Positions 10,457 to 20,355 of a stretch of 64,000 bases of DNA are shown here, in pieces. The DNA lies in IMG/VR virus record IMGVR_UViG_3300028591_000076, positions 64,001-128,000 of that record; one strand, 5' to 3'. The DNA comes from a virus. Taxonomy: Duplodnaviria; Caudoviricetes. Within the stretch, counting starts at the first letter, position 1. Each line of letters begins with the position of its first letter. The position numbers and the translations under genes are program-made. The notes beneath the pieces were generated by a model that saw nothing but the letters and a program-made list of their open reading frames with translations, did not search any database and was not told the origin of the DNA.

Positions 10457-10474
10457 AACTAAAATAAATATATT

Positions 10475-10702
10475 TTAGCTTCTTACATATCTTTCAGCTT
10501 CTTCAAATGAATTAAATGTATGAAGCTGTCCAGTTTTCAATGCGTTAAAACATTCGTAGTCACAGTGAGAGTCATTGTTTGGGAATTCTCTCATCTTACC
10601 ATTTTTACTAACTGCGAAGTATTTAACGATATCATTATGACCGTCATTTACGTCACCAGCATAAATAGTATTCTTATTTTTACCAATAGTGTAATATTTC
10701 AT
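10475..10702 (-). CDS. hypothetical protein
   Basis: 75 aa, AGGAG SD. Confidence 0.75.
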   Translation of the reverse strand: MKYYTIGKNKNTIYAGDVNDGHNDIVKYFAVSKNGKMREFPNNDSHCDYECFNALKTGQLHTFNSFEEAERYVRS

Positions 10703-10721
10703 TAGTTTTACTCCTATTAAA

Positions 10722-11291
10722 TTAGTCCCAGAATGTTGGGTCTACATCATCTTCGTCATTTATATCAGTATCATCTAATATTTCCTCATCAGACTCATTA
10801 GATTCTACGTCATTATTTAATATGCCTTGAGCAATATCTGCTGCTTTCTCAATATTTGCGTTATCTTCATCTGTCAAGTTAGATAAGTCTACATAATCAT
10901 TATTAAGAAGTGCGTCTCTAACCTGATATACAATATCAGCTACCTGATCAGCTGACATATCTGGGAAGAAGAATACTAATGAATGTGAAAGTTCTGCTGT
11001 AATCATTGATACAGCGTCTGAGAAATCATCGCTATCTAAACTATTCTCATATGCAGCTATATAAGTATCCTTAATTGCCTTAATTGCAAATTCAATATTA
11101 TCATCTATACCATTCTTAGTTAGAATTTCACGTATCTTTGGTTCAGCATGTGCAAACTCATCTTCTAACATATTATCTGTTGCACCAATAGCATTAGCTG
11201 CAGCTTCAGCAGCTGGATTAGAGTCAAAAAACTCTGCTACATAATCTGTTTCTTCTACTGGAGCATCTACTACTTTATTTTCAGTATCCAT
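10722..11291 (-). CDS. highly acidic hypothetical protein
   Basis: 189 aa, D/E-rich, ACTAATT upstream. Confidence 0.85.
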   Translation of the reverse strand: MDTENKVVDAPVEETDYVAEFFDSNPAAEAAANAIGATDNMLEDEFAHAEPKIREILTKNGIDDNIEFAIKAIKDTYIAAYENSLDSDDFSDAVSMITAELSHSLVFFFPDMSADQVADIVYQVRDALLNNDYVDLSNLTDEDNANIEKAADIAQGILNNDVESNESDEEILDDTDINDEDDVDPTFWD

Positions 11292-11357
11292 ATACTAATC
11301 CCCTAATAAACTTTATAATTAAGCTTATTAAATTAGTATTATGTAACAAAAATAATT

Positions 11358-11381
11358 AAAGGTCCCATTTAGGGACCTTTT
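11358..11381 (-). terminator. intrinsic terminator after recA
   Basis: AAAGGTCCC-ATTTA-GGGACCTTT. Confidence 0.75.
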
Positions 11382-11396
11382 AAGTATGTATAAGTA

Positions 11397-12575
11397 TTAT
11401 TCTACATCACTTTCGGCTTCTGTTGAAGCTGCTTCTAATGCTTCTTTAGCTAATTCTGCAACTTCCGCTTTCTCTTCAGCTGTAGGCGCCGTTAGTCTAA
11501 TACCAGCAGCAGCTGCATCTTCTTTCTCTGGATCAACATTATCAGCGTCAAGTTCACTATTTACAAGCAACTTAGCTGTTACTTGTTCCTTAAGTTTAGC
11601 ATATAATTCTTTTTGTTCTGGCTGTGTAATCCATTCAAGTAAGTTTGCGGCACCACGAATTTTACCATCAGGCAAGAAATCAGCTTTATAAACGCCACCT
11701 GGACATTTTTCAATAATATTAAGCTTAGTTAGGAACTCAAAATATTCATCGTCAGACTTAAATCCACCATCAAAATAGAGATTCATAATAGCGTCTCTAT
11801 TTGGTACTGAAGTCTTATTCTTATAATTACGAACACGAATTTGAATACCTACAACTTCATCACCATTTTTAATCTGTTCCATCTTCTGAACACGACATCT
11901 AGTAGATGAGAAGAATTTAAGTGCTGTACCACCAGTAACACTTGGTAAGAATGCTCCAATTTGCATATTGGCTCTTTCCTGTGATACAACAAGAAGAGGG
12001 AACTTATAATTAGAACAGAGAACATTAAAGCGCTTATAAACTTCCTTTAATGTATTAGCTGCTTTAGCTCCATTAAAACCAGTAGCACCAATTTCTGATT
12101 CTGCATCCAAATTTGTTGGAGCTGCTGCGTCAGAGTCTAAGATTACACAACAAACTGAGTTTGTTTTTACTAGCTCTTCAGTAATAGCACAGGCCTCTTC
12201 CAATGTATCAGACTGCAAAAGAACAAAATGGTCTTCATCCGTATTTAAGCCAAGCTTATTAGCATAATTCGGATCAAATGTTCTTTCGAAGTCCATATAG
12301 ACTACTACTTGCTTTTCTTTATATTCATCACAAACCTGTGGAATTTTTTTCTGTAACTGTCCCGCGATATATGAGAATGTTGATGACTTTCCTGAACTTT
12401 CAGGACCAAATAAGTTATGAATTCTATCATAACTAAATCCGCCAAACATATATGTTAGCTGTGGCGAGTCAAAGGTAATCTTATGAATTAAAGTATTTGC
12501 ATTTGCTGCTACTATTGCTTTTGCATGGTCTTTTGTCACTTTTTCTAGCGCTTTCTTAAAATCTTTTAATGCCAT
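11397..12575 (-). CDS. recA: RecA/UvsX-family recombinase
   Basis: Walker A GPESSGKS, YMDFE, Walker B VILDS, SQ.R, TGGTALKFFSSTR, KNK motifs; acidic tail. Confidence 0.93.
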   Translation of the reverse strand: MALKDFKKALEKVTKDHAKAIVAANANTLIHKITFDSPQLTYMFGGFSYDRIHNLFGPESSGKSSTFSYIAGQLQKKIPQVCDEYKEKQVVVYMDFERTFDPNYANKLGLNTDEDHFVLLQSDTLEEACAITEELVKTNSVCCVILDSDAAAPTNLDAESEIGATGFNGAKAANTLKEVYKRFNVLCSNYKFPLLVVSQERANMQIGAFLPSVTGGTALKFFSSTRCRVQKMEQIKNGDEVVGIQIRVRNYKNKTSVPNRDAIMNLYFDGGFKSDDEYFEFLTKLNIIEKCPGGVYKADFLPDGKIRGAANLLEWITQPEQKELYAKLKEQVTAKLLVNSELDADNVDPEKEDAAAAGIRLTAPTAEEKAEVAELAKEALEAASTEAESDVE

Positions 12576-12661
12576 TTACTAATGGTCTCCTATATTCTAT
12601 AGTTATTATATTTTATATAGAATATATTAGCAATGCTATAGAAAATTAAATTATAAGAAAG

Positions 12662-13213
12662 CTATAGTGTGCTGATATCGCCATCACTAGAAATATTTAT
12701 TAAACATTTACATTTAGAACATCTAAAACGTCCAGGCTTATATATTTTTATTATTTTATTACACTCAGGACAATTTTTAGTAATATTCATAAAATTATTA
12801 GGACAGCCATTTTTTATATAATTTTTTGCTTCTTCAAGATTATTTTTTATTATAAAATATTGGTTAAAACCTAAGAGGTCTAGTAATTCATTAATCTTAT
12901 CATTAAGATTAATAAAAATTAACACACCATTTTTATCTTTACATGCTTTATAAACATAAGTAAAAGAGCCTATACCAGTAGAAGATACAAAATTTAATTT
13001 TGCACAATCCATAATAATATTGCTATATGTATTTAAGAGCTTATTTGTACTTTCCAAGAAAAAGTCAGAATTATAAGTATCTATAAATCCATCACAAACT
13101 ATCTCAATAGTATCATCAAAAATTTCATTTATAGTTATTTTTAAACTATCATTTTTTTCATTATAGAATTCTTGTGTAATATTACTTAGCATATCATAGT
13201 TAGCGTAAAACAT
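12662..13213 (-). CDS. STAS anti-sigma-factor antagonist with C-terminal Zn ribbon
   Basis: GFIDTYNS, LNFVSSTGIGSF (phosphoacceptor Ser region), LLGFNQYF; CPEC...PGRFRCSKC tail as in spirochaete homologues. Confidence 0.88.
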   Translation of the reverse strand: MFYANYDMLSNITQEFYNEKNDSLKITINEIFDDTIEIVCDGFIDTYNSDFFLESTNKLLNTYSNIIMDCAKLNFVSSTGIGSFTYVYKACKDKNGVLIFINLNDKINELLDLLGFNQYFIIKNNLEEAKNYIKNGCPNNFMNITKNCPECNKIIKIYKPGRFRCSKCKCLINISSDGDISTL

Positions 13214-13247
13214 CTTAAAATGTTCTCATGCTATTACTAAATATATT

Positions 13248-13895
13248 ATGTTAACTACTTATAACCATATTTTTGAGAAAATTTACAATAATGCTAAAAG
13301 CTTAAAACGACTAAGACTACTAGTATTAGAAAATAAAAAGCTAAGCTCATATAAGTATGGTTATCCCTATAAACCGGACCTAATAAGTATAGATGAAGAA
13401 GCAGATTACTATACATCTCTTACCACTGAAGAACTAGATAAATTTCAAATGGGTAACTGCTGGGATTTTACGCATTATTACTGTAAATGGGCAGATGAAC
13501 ATAATATGAGACATTATGGTATTTTTATGGCCGCATTTAGTGAAAAAGGAAATCTTGTAGAAACACATGCTTTTCCAGTTATAAAAATAGATGACCAAAA
13601 TTTCTGGGCAGAAAGCGCTTGGCAAGATTATAAGGGCTTATACGAGTTTAATACTAGAACAGACTTAATCAGTTATGTTTTTAGCATTTGGAGTAAAAAA
13701 GTTATTGGAAATTATGATGATAAAATAGATTTTGCTATTTGGAAATATCAAGCAGAATTATTAAAATATGAAAGTATTGATGCGGACGAATTTATAAAGC
13801 AGATATGCTGGAATGATGGCGTGGAAATTGATGAGTCTAGACTTCTATCTGATGTAAAGCCAATAAATAAATGGAATATCACCTCGCCTGAATAA
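13248..13895 (+). CDS. papain/transglutaminase-like Cys-His-acid enzyme
   Basis: GNCWD ... HAFPV ... WAESAW triad order. Confidence 0.65.
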   Translation: MLTTYNHIFEKIYNNAKSLKRLRLLVLENKKLSSYKYGYPYKPDLISIDEEADYYTSLTTEELDKFQMGNCWDFTHYYCKWADEHNMRHYGIFMAAFSEKGNLVETHAFPVIKIDDQNFWAESAWQDYKGLYEFNTRTDLISYVFSIWSKKVIGNYDDKIDFAIWKYQAELLKYESIDADEFIKQICWNDGVEIDESRLLSDVKPINKWNITSPE

Positions 13896-13970
13896 TTATG
13901 TATTTCTACTTTTCATAACATATTTTAAGTAGAGATATTTATTATAGGAATATCAAGTGAGGGTAAAAAT

Positions 13971-14165
13971 ATGGAAAAACCATTTAGAATTACAGTAAAG
14001 GCACTAAAAAAGTGGCTTAATACCGTTAGCGATGACGCGGAAGTATATGTTGATAAATATACAAATATGCATGCAAAAGAGTTTATTTCAGTTCGTGAAT
14101 ATGACGAACAGGGTAAAGCAACAGATAAAGAAATTTTAGTGTCGTCTATTGAGGCTACTATTTAA
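13971..14165 (+). CDS. hypothetical protein
   Basis: 64 aa, GAGG SD, TAACATATT upstream. Confidence 0.7.
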   Translation: MEKPFRITVKALKKWLNTVSDDAEVYVDKYTNMHAKEFISVREYDEQGKATDKEILVSSIEATI

Positions 14166-14932
14166 TAGCTAGTTTTAATAATATTTCTTTTTAGATAATC
14201 TAAATATTTCTTAATAGCATCCCAGTCTATGAGTTGCATAATATCTGCATAGTCTGACCAATATTTTGCTGTTTTATATTTTTCTAAAGACTCCTGATTT
14301 GGAATCCAAATTTTTTCAACATTTGTTCCTATGAGCGATGACTCACAAAGTCTTGGCGGCTCGTGACATAAACATATAATATTCTTTAAGTATATACATG
14401 CTTCAAATGCTTGATTTCCTATTTTTTTAAGTTCCTTATTAAGGGTTATACTTGTAATGCCTGTAGATGCAAAGCAATGATGACCTATACCTTCTATATT
14501 TCCTAAATTGACATTTTCTAAATGAAAACATCCATTAAATGTATTATCTTTTAATAGTTTAAGGTCCGGACCAGCATTAAATTCTTTAAGATTTGTAAAT
14601 TCAAATGCGCTAGAGCCTATTGATCTTACATTTTCAAATTCAAATGTTTCTAATGCTGAACAAAAATAAAAGGCCTTATCGCCGATAATTTGTGGAAGTC
14701 CGCCAAAATTTGTTAGTGATGTACAGCTTGAAAAAGCTTTTTCACCTATTGTATTTACAGTTGGCCTACAAAGAAATATATGTACTTTACTACCTTCAAA
14801 CTCATTTGGAAGTATAGCTGTTCTTTTACTTTTTGTAAAATCTGCAATAAAATTATAATTAAATCTATTTGCCTTTTTAATATCTTTATCTGATACTATA
14901 GTAAATACTTTTTCTTTCAAAATAAACCTCAA
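14162..14932 (-). CDS. BspA/TpLRR-type leucine-rich repeat protein
   Basis: Repeats IGEKAFSSCTSL, IGDKAFYFCSAL, IGSSAFEFTNL, IGNQAFEACIYL, plus a YKTAKYWS cap. Confidence 0.9.
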   Translation of the reverse strand: MRFILKEKVFTIVSDKDIKKANRFNYNFIADFTKSKRTAILPNEFEGSKVHIFLCRPTVNTIGEKAFSSCTSLTNFGGLPQIIGDKAFYFCSALETFEFENVRSIGSSAFEFTNLKEFNAGPDLKLLKDNTFNGCFHLENVNLGNIEGIGHHCFASTGITSITLNKELKKIGNQAFEACIYLKNIICLCHEPPRLCESSLIGTNVEKIWIPNQESLEKYKTAKYWSDYADIMQLIDWDAIKKYLDYLKRNIIKTSY

Positions 14933-14996
14933 TAACTAAAGATACTTATTTAAAAATTAACAATCCTGCTACTATTTTTTAAAAGGATAGAAATTT

Positions 14997-15695
14997 ATGT
15001 CATCTTTAGTTCCACATGATATTAAGCTATTTACAAATTCATTATCATTAAATATGCGTGTTTTTCGTGAGCTCAAAAATTATTTATGTCCAAAAGGTCA
15101 TCAGCCTTATTATGGCCATATTATAAAATCTGAAATATTTTATGGTAAATCTTCATTACAAATTATAGAAATGCTATATAAGATTTATAAGTTATGCTGC
15201 ATTGGAAATGTACATAAAGCTCTTAATTTTTCAGAAAACACACGCCTATCTGTTGGTATAATTGTTGATAGAAAGAGTGACTTTGATAAGATAATAAATT
15301 CTATTATTGACTTAAGTAGCGCTTTAGGATATTTCTGTATTAATACGCCAACGAATAATACTGTTACACTAACTTTTAATGATAATGTAATTAGCCTTGA
15401 GCCAATTACCAGAGAAAGTGACCTAATAGGGAGTACATATATTGGAATTATGAGTTCTAATATTAGTTGGTCTCCAGCAAAAGTTCGATTAGTATTAAGA
15501 GCGCTTAATCGAATAGAGTCCAGATTAGGCCCATCTGAACATAAGTTTGCTTTAATAGAAATGCTCACTAGTGATTTAGATAAACATGAATACTTAAAAA
15601 GCATTATAGACTCGTTTGGTACTGATATTTATATTACTGTATCAAATGAATATAAACAGCTTACATTAGAAGAAATTGATAGCTATTTCGAATAG
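14997..15695 (+). CDS. hypothetical protein, possibly a degenerate terminase-ATPase paralogue
   Basis: YGKSS...LYKIYKLCCIGN...LIG...RIESRL recalls large-phage TerL ATPase domains; no Walker B DE and no nuclease domain. Confidence 0.45.
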   Translation: MSSLVPHDIKLFTNSLSLNMRVFRELKNYLCPKGHQPYYGHIIKSEIFYGKSSLQIIEMLYKIYKLCCIGNVHKALNFSENTRLSVGIIVDRKSDFDKIINSIIDLSSALGYFCINTPTNNTVTLTFNDNVISLEPITRESDLIGSTYIGIMSSNISWSPAKVRLVLRALNRIESRLGPSEHKFALIEMLTSDLDKHEYLKSIIDSFGTDIYITVSNEYKQLTLEEIDSYFE

Positions 15696-15713
15696 AACTT
15701 TTAATTAAATTAC

Positions 15714-15720
15714 GCTAATT
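15714..15720 (+). promoter_or_regulatory. representative RCTAAWT phage promoter motif (19 copies)
   Basis: CTAAWT core at + 2342, 3528, 3837, 7186, 13237, 15715, 16419, 20346, 21663, 23483, 29321, 31415, 37900 and - 10409, 11331, 34922, 59031, 62702, 62922; each upstream of a co-oriented gene. Confidence 0.75.
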
Positions 15721-15725
15721 ATATT

Positions 15726-16367
15726 ATGACAGTAGATATCAATGAATATGATGAACTCAAAAAGCGCTTTTTTGAAGATTTTGCAAAAGAATATAATATA
15801 AAACTTAATAAAATCCAAGAAGGTGATGCGCAGCCTCAACCTCAAGATGATGCGCAAGATAACACAGAGCCAAAAGTTATAACAGTAACTGATGAACCAA
15901 CGCCTGTTTTACCTGAGCCAGAAAATATTGTACAGGGCGTAGCAGAAGATACTAGATTACAAAACGAACCGCTTAAAGCTGAAGGTTCTACTTCTATTGT
16001 ATTTGAACAGGGTAATTATGGACAATTACAAAACTCTGTTAAAGCTTTAGTAAGAAAACCTGGAATTATATCTAGAACATTTTTACCACTTGTAGAAAAA
16101 GCACTTATAGAACTTCTTGGAACATCTTCATCTTATAAGCGAACAAATTTTGAATTTAATATTTCTCTCATAAATGGTCAAATTCAGTATGTAGTTACTT
16201 GTATTTATAGTGTTGATTTATTTATCGGTACAGATATTGAAAAATCCGCAGTAGAACATGACCAAAATTATATTATTGAAACTATATCTGTTGTACCAGA
16301 AATAAAAATTAAGGATGTAAAAATTGATACGTCCACAGGACTTGTACGAATACAGGTTATAATCTAA
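15726..16367 (+). CDS. hypothetical protein, probably late/structural
   Basis: 213 aa, GCTAATT 5 nt upstream of ATG, adjacent to baseplate gene. Confidence 0.75.
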   Translation: MTVDINEYDELKKRFFEDFAKEYNIKLNKIQEGDAQPQPQDDAQDNTEPKVITVTDEPTPVLPEPENIVQGVAEDTRLQNEPLKAEGSTSIVFEQGNYGQLQNSVKALVRKPGIISRTFLPLVEKALIELLGTSSSYKRTNFEFNISLINGQIQYVVTCIYSVDLFIGTDIEKSAVEHDQNYIIETISVVPEIKIKDVKIDTSTGLVRIQVII

Positions 16368-16376
16368 TTAAATATC

Positions 16377-16400
16377 AGCCAGCGAAAAGCTGGCTTTTTT
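16377..16400 (+). terminator. intrinsic terminator
   Basis: AGCCAGC-GAAAA-GCTGGCT followed by a T run. Confidence 0.9.
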
Positions 16401-16490
16401 ATTGCTAAATAAACTTCACTAATTTCATATAGAATATTTTTCTAATCTAACTATAATTTAAGTAATATCACCAGTTAGGGGAGTTTTTTC

Positions 16491-19133
16491 TTGAAAAGAT
16501 TTGATTATGAGTCAGTAAAGAGTCGACTTATTGCTAGAGCAAAAATAAACGCTGACTCAGCTACAATATTAGATGACTCAGCTTTTAATAATGTATTAGA
16601 CGTATTCTCAGAGGGTATATCTGAGGCTGCTAGATACCTAGAATATAATACTATGGAAAAGAAATGGACAAATGCTCAAAATATGCCATCTCTTACACAT
16701 ATGGGTAAACTTATAGGTAGAAAGCGAAAAAGACCTGTTTCGTCTATTGGTTATGTAGTTGTATCTCATACTGATGCTAATGGAAATAACAGACTTGCTA
16801 ACTATGGTAAATATTTTTTTGACTTAGACCAAGCATCTGATTACGATAACATTATACAAGAAACAAACTCAAATTATATTGAAAGATCAGCATTAGTACC
16901 ATGGACTTGCTCTGACGTATATACAATTCCAAAAGGAACTATATTTAAATCTGCGAATGGCACACAGTTCATATCTACACAGGCTGTATCTACTAGACTT
17001 CTTTCTAATGCTTATAAGGATATTTCCGCATCTAGCTCAAAACTTGAAGATTTTATATCAGCGGGTGGATGGGACGGTATAAAATATGTTAAAGTACCAG
17101 TAATTCAAGGTATACAAATTGAAACTGCATTAGGAACAACTAGAGGAGTACGCTTTGAGTCATTCGCGTTAAATGCAGAAAATGTGGAAGATGCATCAAA
17201 TACAATTTCTAAAAATTACTTTTCTATTGAAGTAACTCCTGCTACTGCAAATGCAAAAACAGAAGTTTGGGCAGAAATACCTAATATAAGACTCGCTGGC
17301 CCTTATGATAAAGTTTATGAAACTAAGCTATCTGAAGATGGTACTTTTATAATAATTAAATTTGGCGATGGAATTTCTGGATATATGCCGCCTAGAGGCT
17401 CAACTATAGTTTGTAAATATCTAGAAACATTAGGATCAAAAGGAAATATTGAAGCTACTGGCCAAATTCAGGATATGACATTCCCAACTGGCTATAAAAT
17501 GATTGACCCAAGAACTAATACTATAAGTACTTTCTTGTCTTGTACAAATATAACATCTATATCTGGTGGTAGAGATATCGAAGATGAAGATGAGTATAGA
17601 CTAAATGCGCCAACTTCATATTTGAGCTCTTATACAACTGCTGTTAAGTCAGCTTATGAAAAGAAAATTAAAGAAGCTAGTCCTGTTCTATTAGGAAAAC
17701 TAAAATGTTTCTCTGATACGAACTTCAATGCTAGCCAAATAGATACAACTTTTGATGAAAATGTTTATGATGAACTTGTTAATGAAGTATCAATTATAAA
17801 TAATACATTAAAGGTTACTGCTATTAGAGCTAATGGCAAAAAATTTGATAATGCTACAGTTGATGAAGAATTTATTAAACCTATCATTAAAACTATAGGT
17901 GATATTAAAGGACCAAATGATGCTATTAGTTATATTGAGCCAAACTTCATAAAAATATCGCCTTCTGTTAAGATAAATACTTATGACTTAAATACAACTG
18001 AAGAAGATATCAAAAATGAGGTTGCTACTTCTATTCAAACTAAATATAGTATTTTCAATACAGACTTTAAGACACCTCTATATGCTTCTGAAATTAACCA
18101 CTTGGCATCTATATTCAAATATACCGACTCAGTAAATATGTTTATTGAAGCGCTCGCTAATGTGTCATTTGACGAAGATAAAATTTTATTATTAAATACA
18201 GGCGCATCTACTAATACGGCCGGTATTTCATTAAAAGATACATCTTGGGATAATAGGTCTACAGACTCTATTGGTACACTTCTCGCTATACCTTTTAATT
18301 TTGATAAAGTTTATTCATCTAATAAGTATAAACAGGGATTTAAGAACTATAAAGTAAATAGTAGATACCTCTTAAAAGTTGACTTACACTTTATAAATAA
18401 TTCATCTAAAGAAGCTAATTCTAGAACATTCTTCTTATATGATAATAGAATTGATACCGCTAATAATACTACGCTAGAAGAAGCAAAAGGTATGACAATA
18501 GATAACATGCCTGTTGTACATAAAAACTCATTAGATACAGATATGAGCTCTAAAATTGGTATTTCTTCATTATGGTATCCAGATGAAACAAAAGATGATT
18601 TCAATAGACGCCAAGTTAGAATTGCTCAGTTCCCTTATATTACAAGTATTACAGATGAAGAGTTCATGAGTAAAGCTAAGTCTTGGACTACTACTCCATT
18701 TGAAAATAGGCCATTTGAAGTTGATGAAAATGGCGAAAAGAAACGTTATAACTCATCTGAAGTAGCATCAGACTTAAGACGGCCACTTACAGAGGGTGGT
18801 GACACATCTAGAATTTGTTATAAAAAGAATACTAACTGGATCCCTTATGTTGATATAGTATATAATGAGAATTATGAAGATTCTTCTTCAGTTCTTTATG
18901 CAAATGGATATTTTATCTTACCATTAAGTTATTTAGGTCTAAATAGTAGCATAAATACAACTACTGAAGCATTATGCTATAAAACTTTAAGTTCACTATT
19001 AAAGCAATTTATTGAACTAAAAGTTTATGCATTACCAGTACAAGATGATATTGAGCCTCAAAACTGGCAAGATATAGTATTCTGTGATGATGATGATATT
19101 AAAGTTGAACGTGTACTAAAATATAAAGAGTAA
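16491..19133 (+). CDS. baseplate wedge subunit (T4 gp6-like)
   Basis: DYESVK N-terminus, IPKGTIF, IKFGDGISG..PP.G..I..KYL.T.G.KGN, SGG.D.E motifs; TTG start with GGGGAG SD. Confidence 0.85.
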   Translation: MKRFDYESVKSRLIARAKINADSATILDDSAFNNVLDVFSEGISEAARYLEYNTMEKKWTNAQNMPSLTHMGKLIGRKRKRPVSSIGYVVVSHTDANGNNRLANYGKYFFDLDQASDYDNIIQETNSNYIERSALVPWTCSDVYTIPKGTIFKSANGTQFISTQAVSTRLLSNAYKDISASSSKLEDFISAGGWDGIKYVKVPVIQGIQIETALGTTRGVRFESFALNAENVEDASNTISKNYFSIEVTPATANAKTEVWAEIPNIRLAGPYDKVYETKLSEDGTFIIIKFGDGISGYMPPRGSTIVCKYLETLGSKGNIEATGQIQDMTFPTGYKMIDPRTNTISTFLSCTNITSISGGRDIEDEDEYRLNAPTSYLSSYTTAVKSAYEKKIKEASPVLLGKLKCFSDTNFNASQIDTTFDENVYDELVNEVSIINNTLKVTAIRANGKKFDNATVDEEFIKPIIKTIGDIKGPNDAISYIEPNFIKISPSVKINTYDLNTTEEDIKNEVATSIQTKYSIFNTDFKTPLYASEINHLASIFKYTDSVNMFIEALANVSFDEDKILLLNTGASTNTAGISLKDTSWDNRSTDSIGTLLAIPFNFDKVYSSNKYKQGFKNYKVNSRYLLKVDLHFINNSSKEANSRTFFLYDNRIDTANNTTLEEAKGMTIDNMPVVHKNSLDTDMSSKIGISSLWYPDETKDDFNRRQVRIAQFPYITSITDEEFMSKAKSWTTTPFENRPFEVDENGEKKRYNSSEVASDLRRPLTEGGDTSRICYKKNTNWIPYVDIVYNENYEDSSSVLYANGYFILPLSYLGLNSSINTTTEALCYKTLSSLLKQFIELKVYALPVQDDIEPQNWQDIVFCDDDDIKVERVLKYKE

Positions 19134-19136
19134 AAA

Positions 19137-19164
19137 TAAAGCGTCCTATTTATAGGGCGCTTTT
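19137..19164. terminator. bidirectional terminator
   Basis: AAAGCGTCCTA-TTTA-TAGGGCGCTTTTT between convergent genes. Confidence 0.8.
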
Positions 19165-19169
19165 TAATT

Positions 19170-19697
19170 TTAAAAATCATTATAATAATTATCTAAAATA
19201 TAATTTTCCCATTCGACCCGAATTCGCTTTTTTACTAGCTTAGACGCAAGCCTATTATCCTTATCATTTTTAATTTCCATAAAAAGCAAATTATCACTAA
19301 TACTATTTATAAAACCATCTTCAAGCTTATCGAAAATATTATACATTATACGTATAATTGGAAGTCTACGTTCTGAAAAAGAAGTTTGATACATGCATGG
19401 ACAAGAAATTAAATTGCCTTTAGAATAATAAGTACTATAGCTAAAATAATAATAACTACTAAAAGTAAATGGATATAACATCTCAATTAAGCTATATAAA
19501 CTATGTTCAGCTGATATTTCAAGAGTAGGTATATCTAAAACTTTTAAGTCTGATGTTAATACCCATGTTTCATTATCAACTGAGATATTACTAATAACAT
19601 CTTTTAGTATATCAAATATTGACTTCTTTTCTATACTAAAAGGCTTTTCATTTATTTCAGCTTTTTTAGATTTATAATTGTCTACTTTCTTTTCCAT
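19170..19697 (-). CDS. hypothetical protein
   Basis: 175-aa ORF. Confidence 0.7.
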   Translation of the reverse strand: MEKKVDNYKSKKAEINEKPFSIEKKSIFDILKDVISNISVDNETWVLTSDLKVLDIPTLEISAEHSLYSLIEMLYPFTFSSYYYFSYSTYYSKGNLISCPCMYQTSFSERRLPIIRIMYNIFDKLEDGFINSISDNLLFMEIKNDKDNRLASKLVKKRIRVEWENYILDNYYNDF

Positions 19698-19747
19698 AAA
19701 AAAAATAGCCCATTAAATAATGGGCATAAAATTAAACTTTAGCTAAA

Positions 19748-20257
19748 TTAAGCGATCTTACACTGACAGCTAGCCATAACCTTCATAGCAGCTGCATGTC
19801 CTTCTCCTGAAAGACCTGAACAGCCCTTTTCAAGAACTGTTACATCAACTTCACCAAGCGCTTTAATTGTGAGAGCATTTGAGCAAACACAAATTTCTGA
19901 GACTGTTCCGCAAATTGTTACTTCGTCACCAGGCTCAATATACTCATCCCAGGCCGTATATCCGAAATTTCCCTTATCAATGATAAGTATATCATCATCA
20001 ATAAGCTCTGCGAGTTCTGGTACGATTTCCCAGCCTTCTGACCCTTTTACACAATGCTTTACTGGAAGGTATTTTCCTTCCATAGTTTCCATATAATTTT
20101 CAGCATGAGTATCACGTGTAAAGATGATATTATCACCATTTTTCTTTGCTTCAATGAGTTTTTCCTTGATATAAGGAATTGTTGCAGCTGCAGCTGGATT
20201 TGCCAAAGCGCCCGTTACAAAATCTTTCTGCATGTCGATTACAATAAAATGTTTCAT
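19748..20257 (-). CDS. pncA: nicotinamidase / isochorismatase-family cysteine hydrolase
   Basis: IDMQKDF, TRDTH, HCVKGSEGW, DK.NF, G.VSEICV motifs. Confidence 0.8.
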   Translation of the reverse strand: MKHFIVIDMQKDFVTGALANPAAAATIPYIKEKLIEAKKNGDNIIFTRDTHAENYMETMEGKYLPVKHCVKGSEGWEIVPELAELIDDDILIIDKGNFGYTAWDEYIEPGDEVTICGTVSEICVCSNALTIKALGEVDVTVLEKGCSGLSGEGHAAAMKVMASCQCKIA

Positions 20258-20355
20258 TTGTTACCTCTATAAAATATTCTTTTTATAAAATATGTAAGAT
20301 ATTTTAATTATGTATACTATTATATTTGAAATTAGAAAGTTTAAACTAAATAAAT

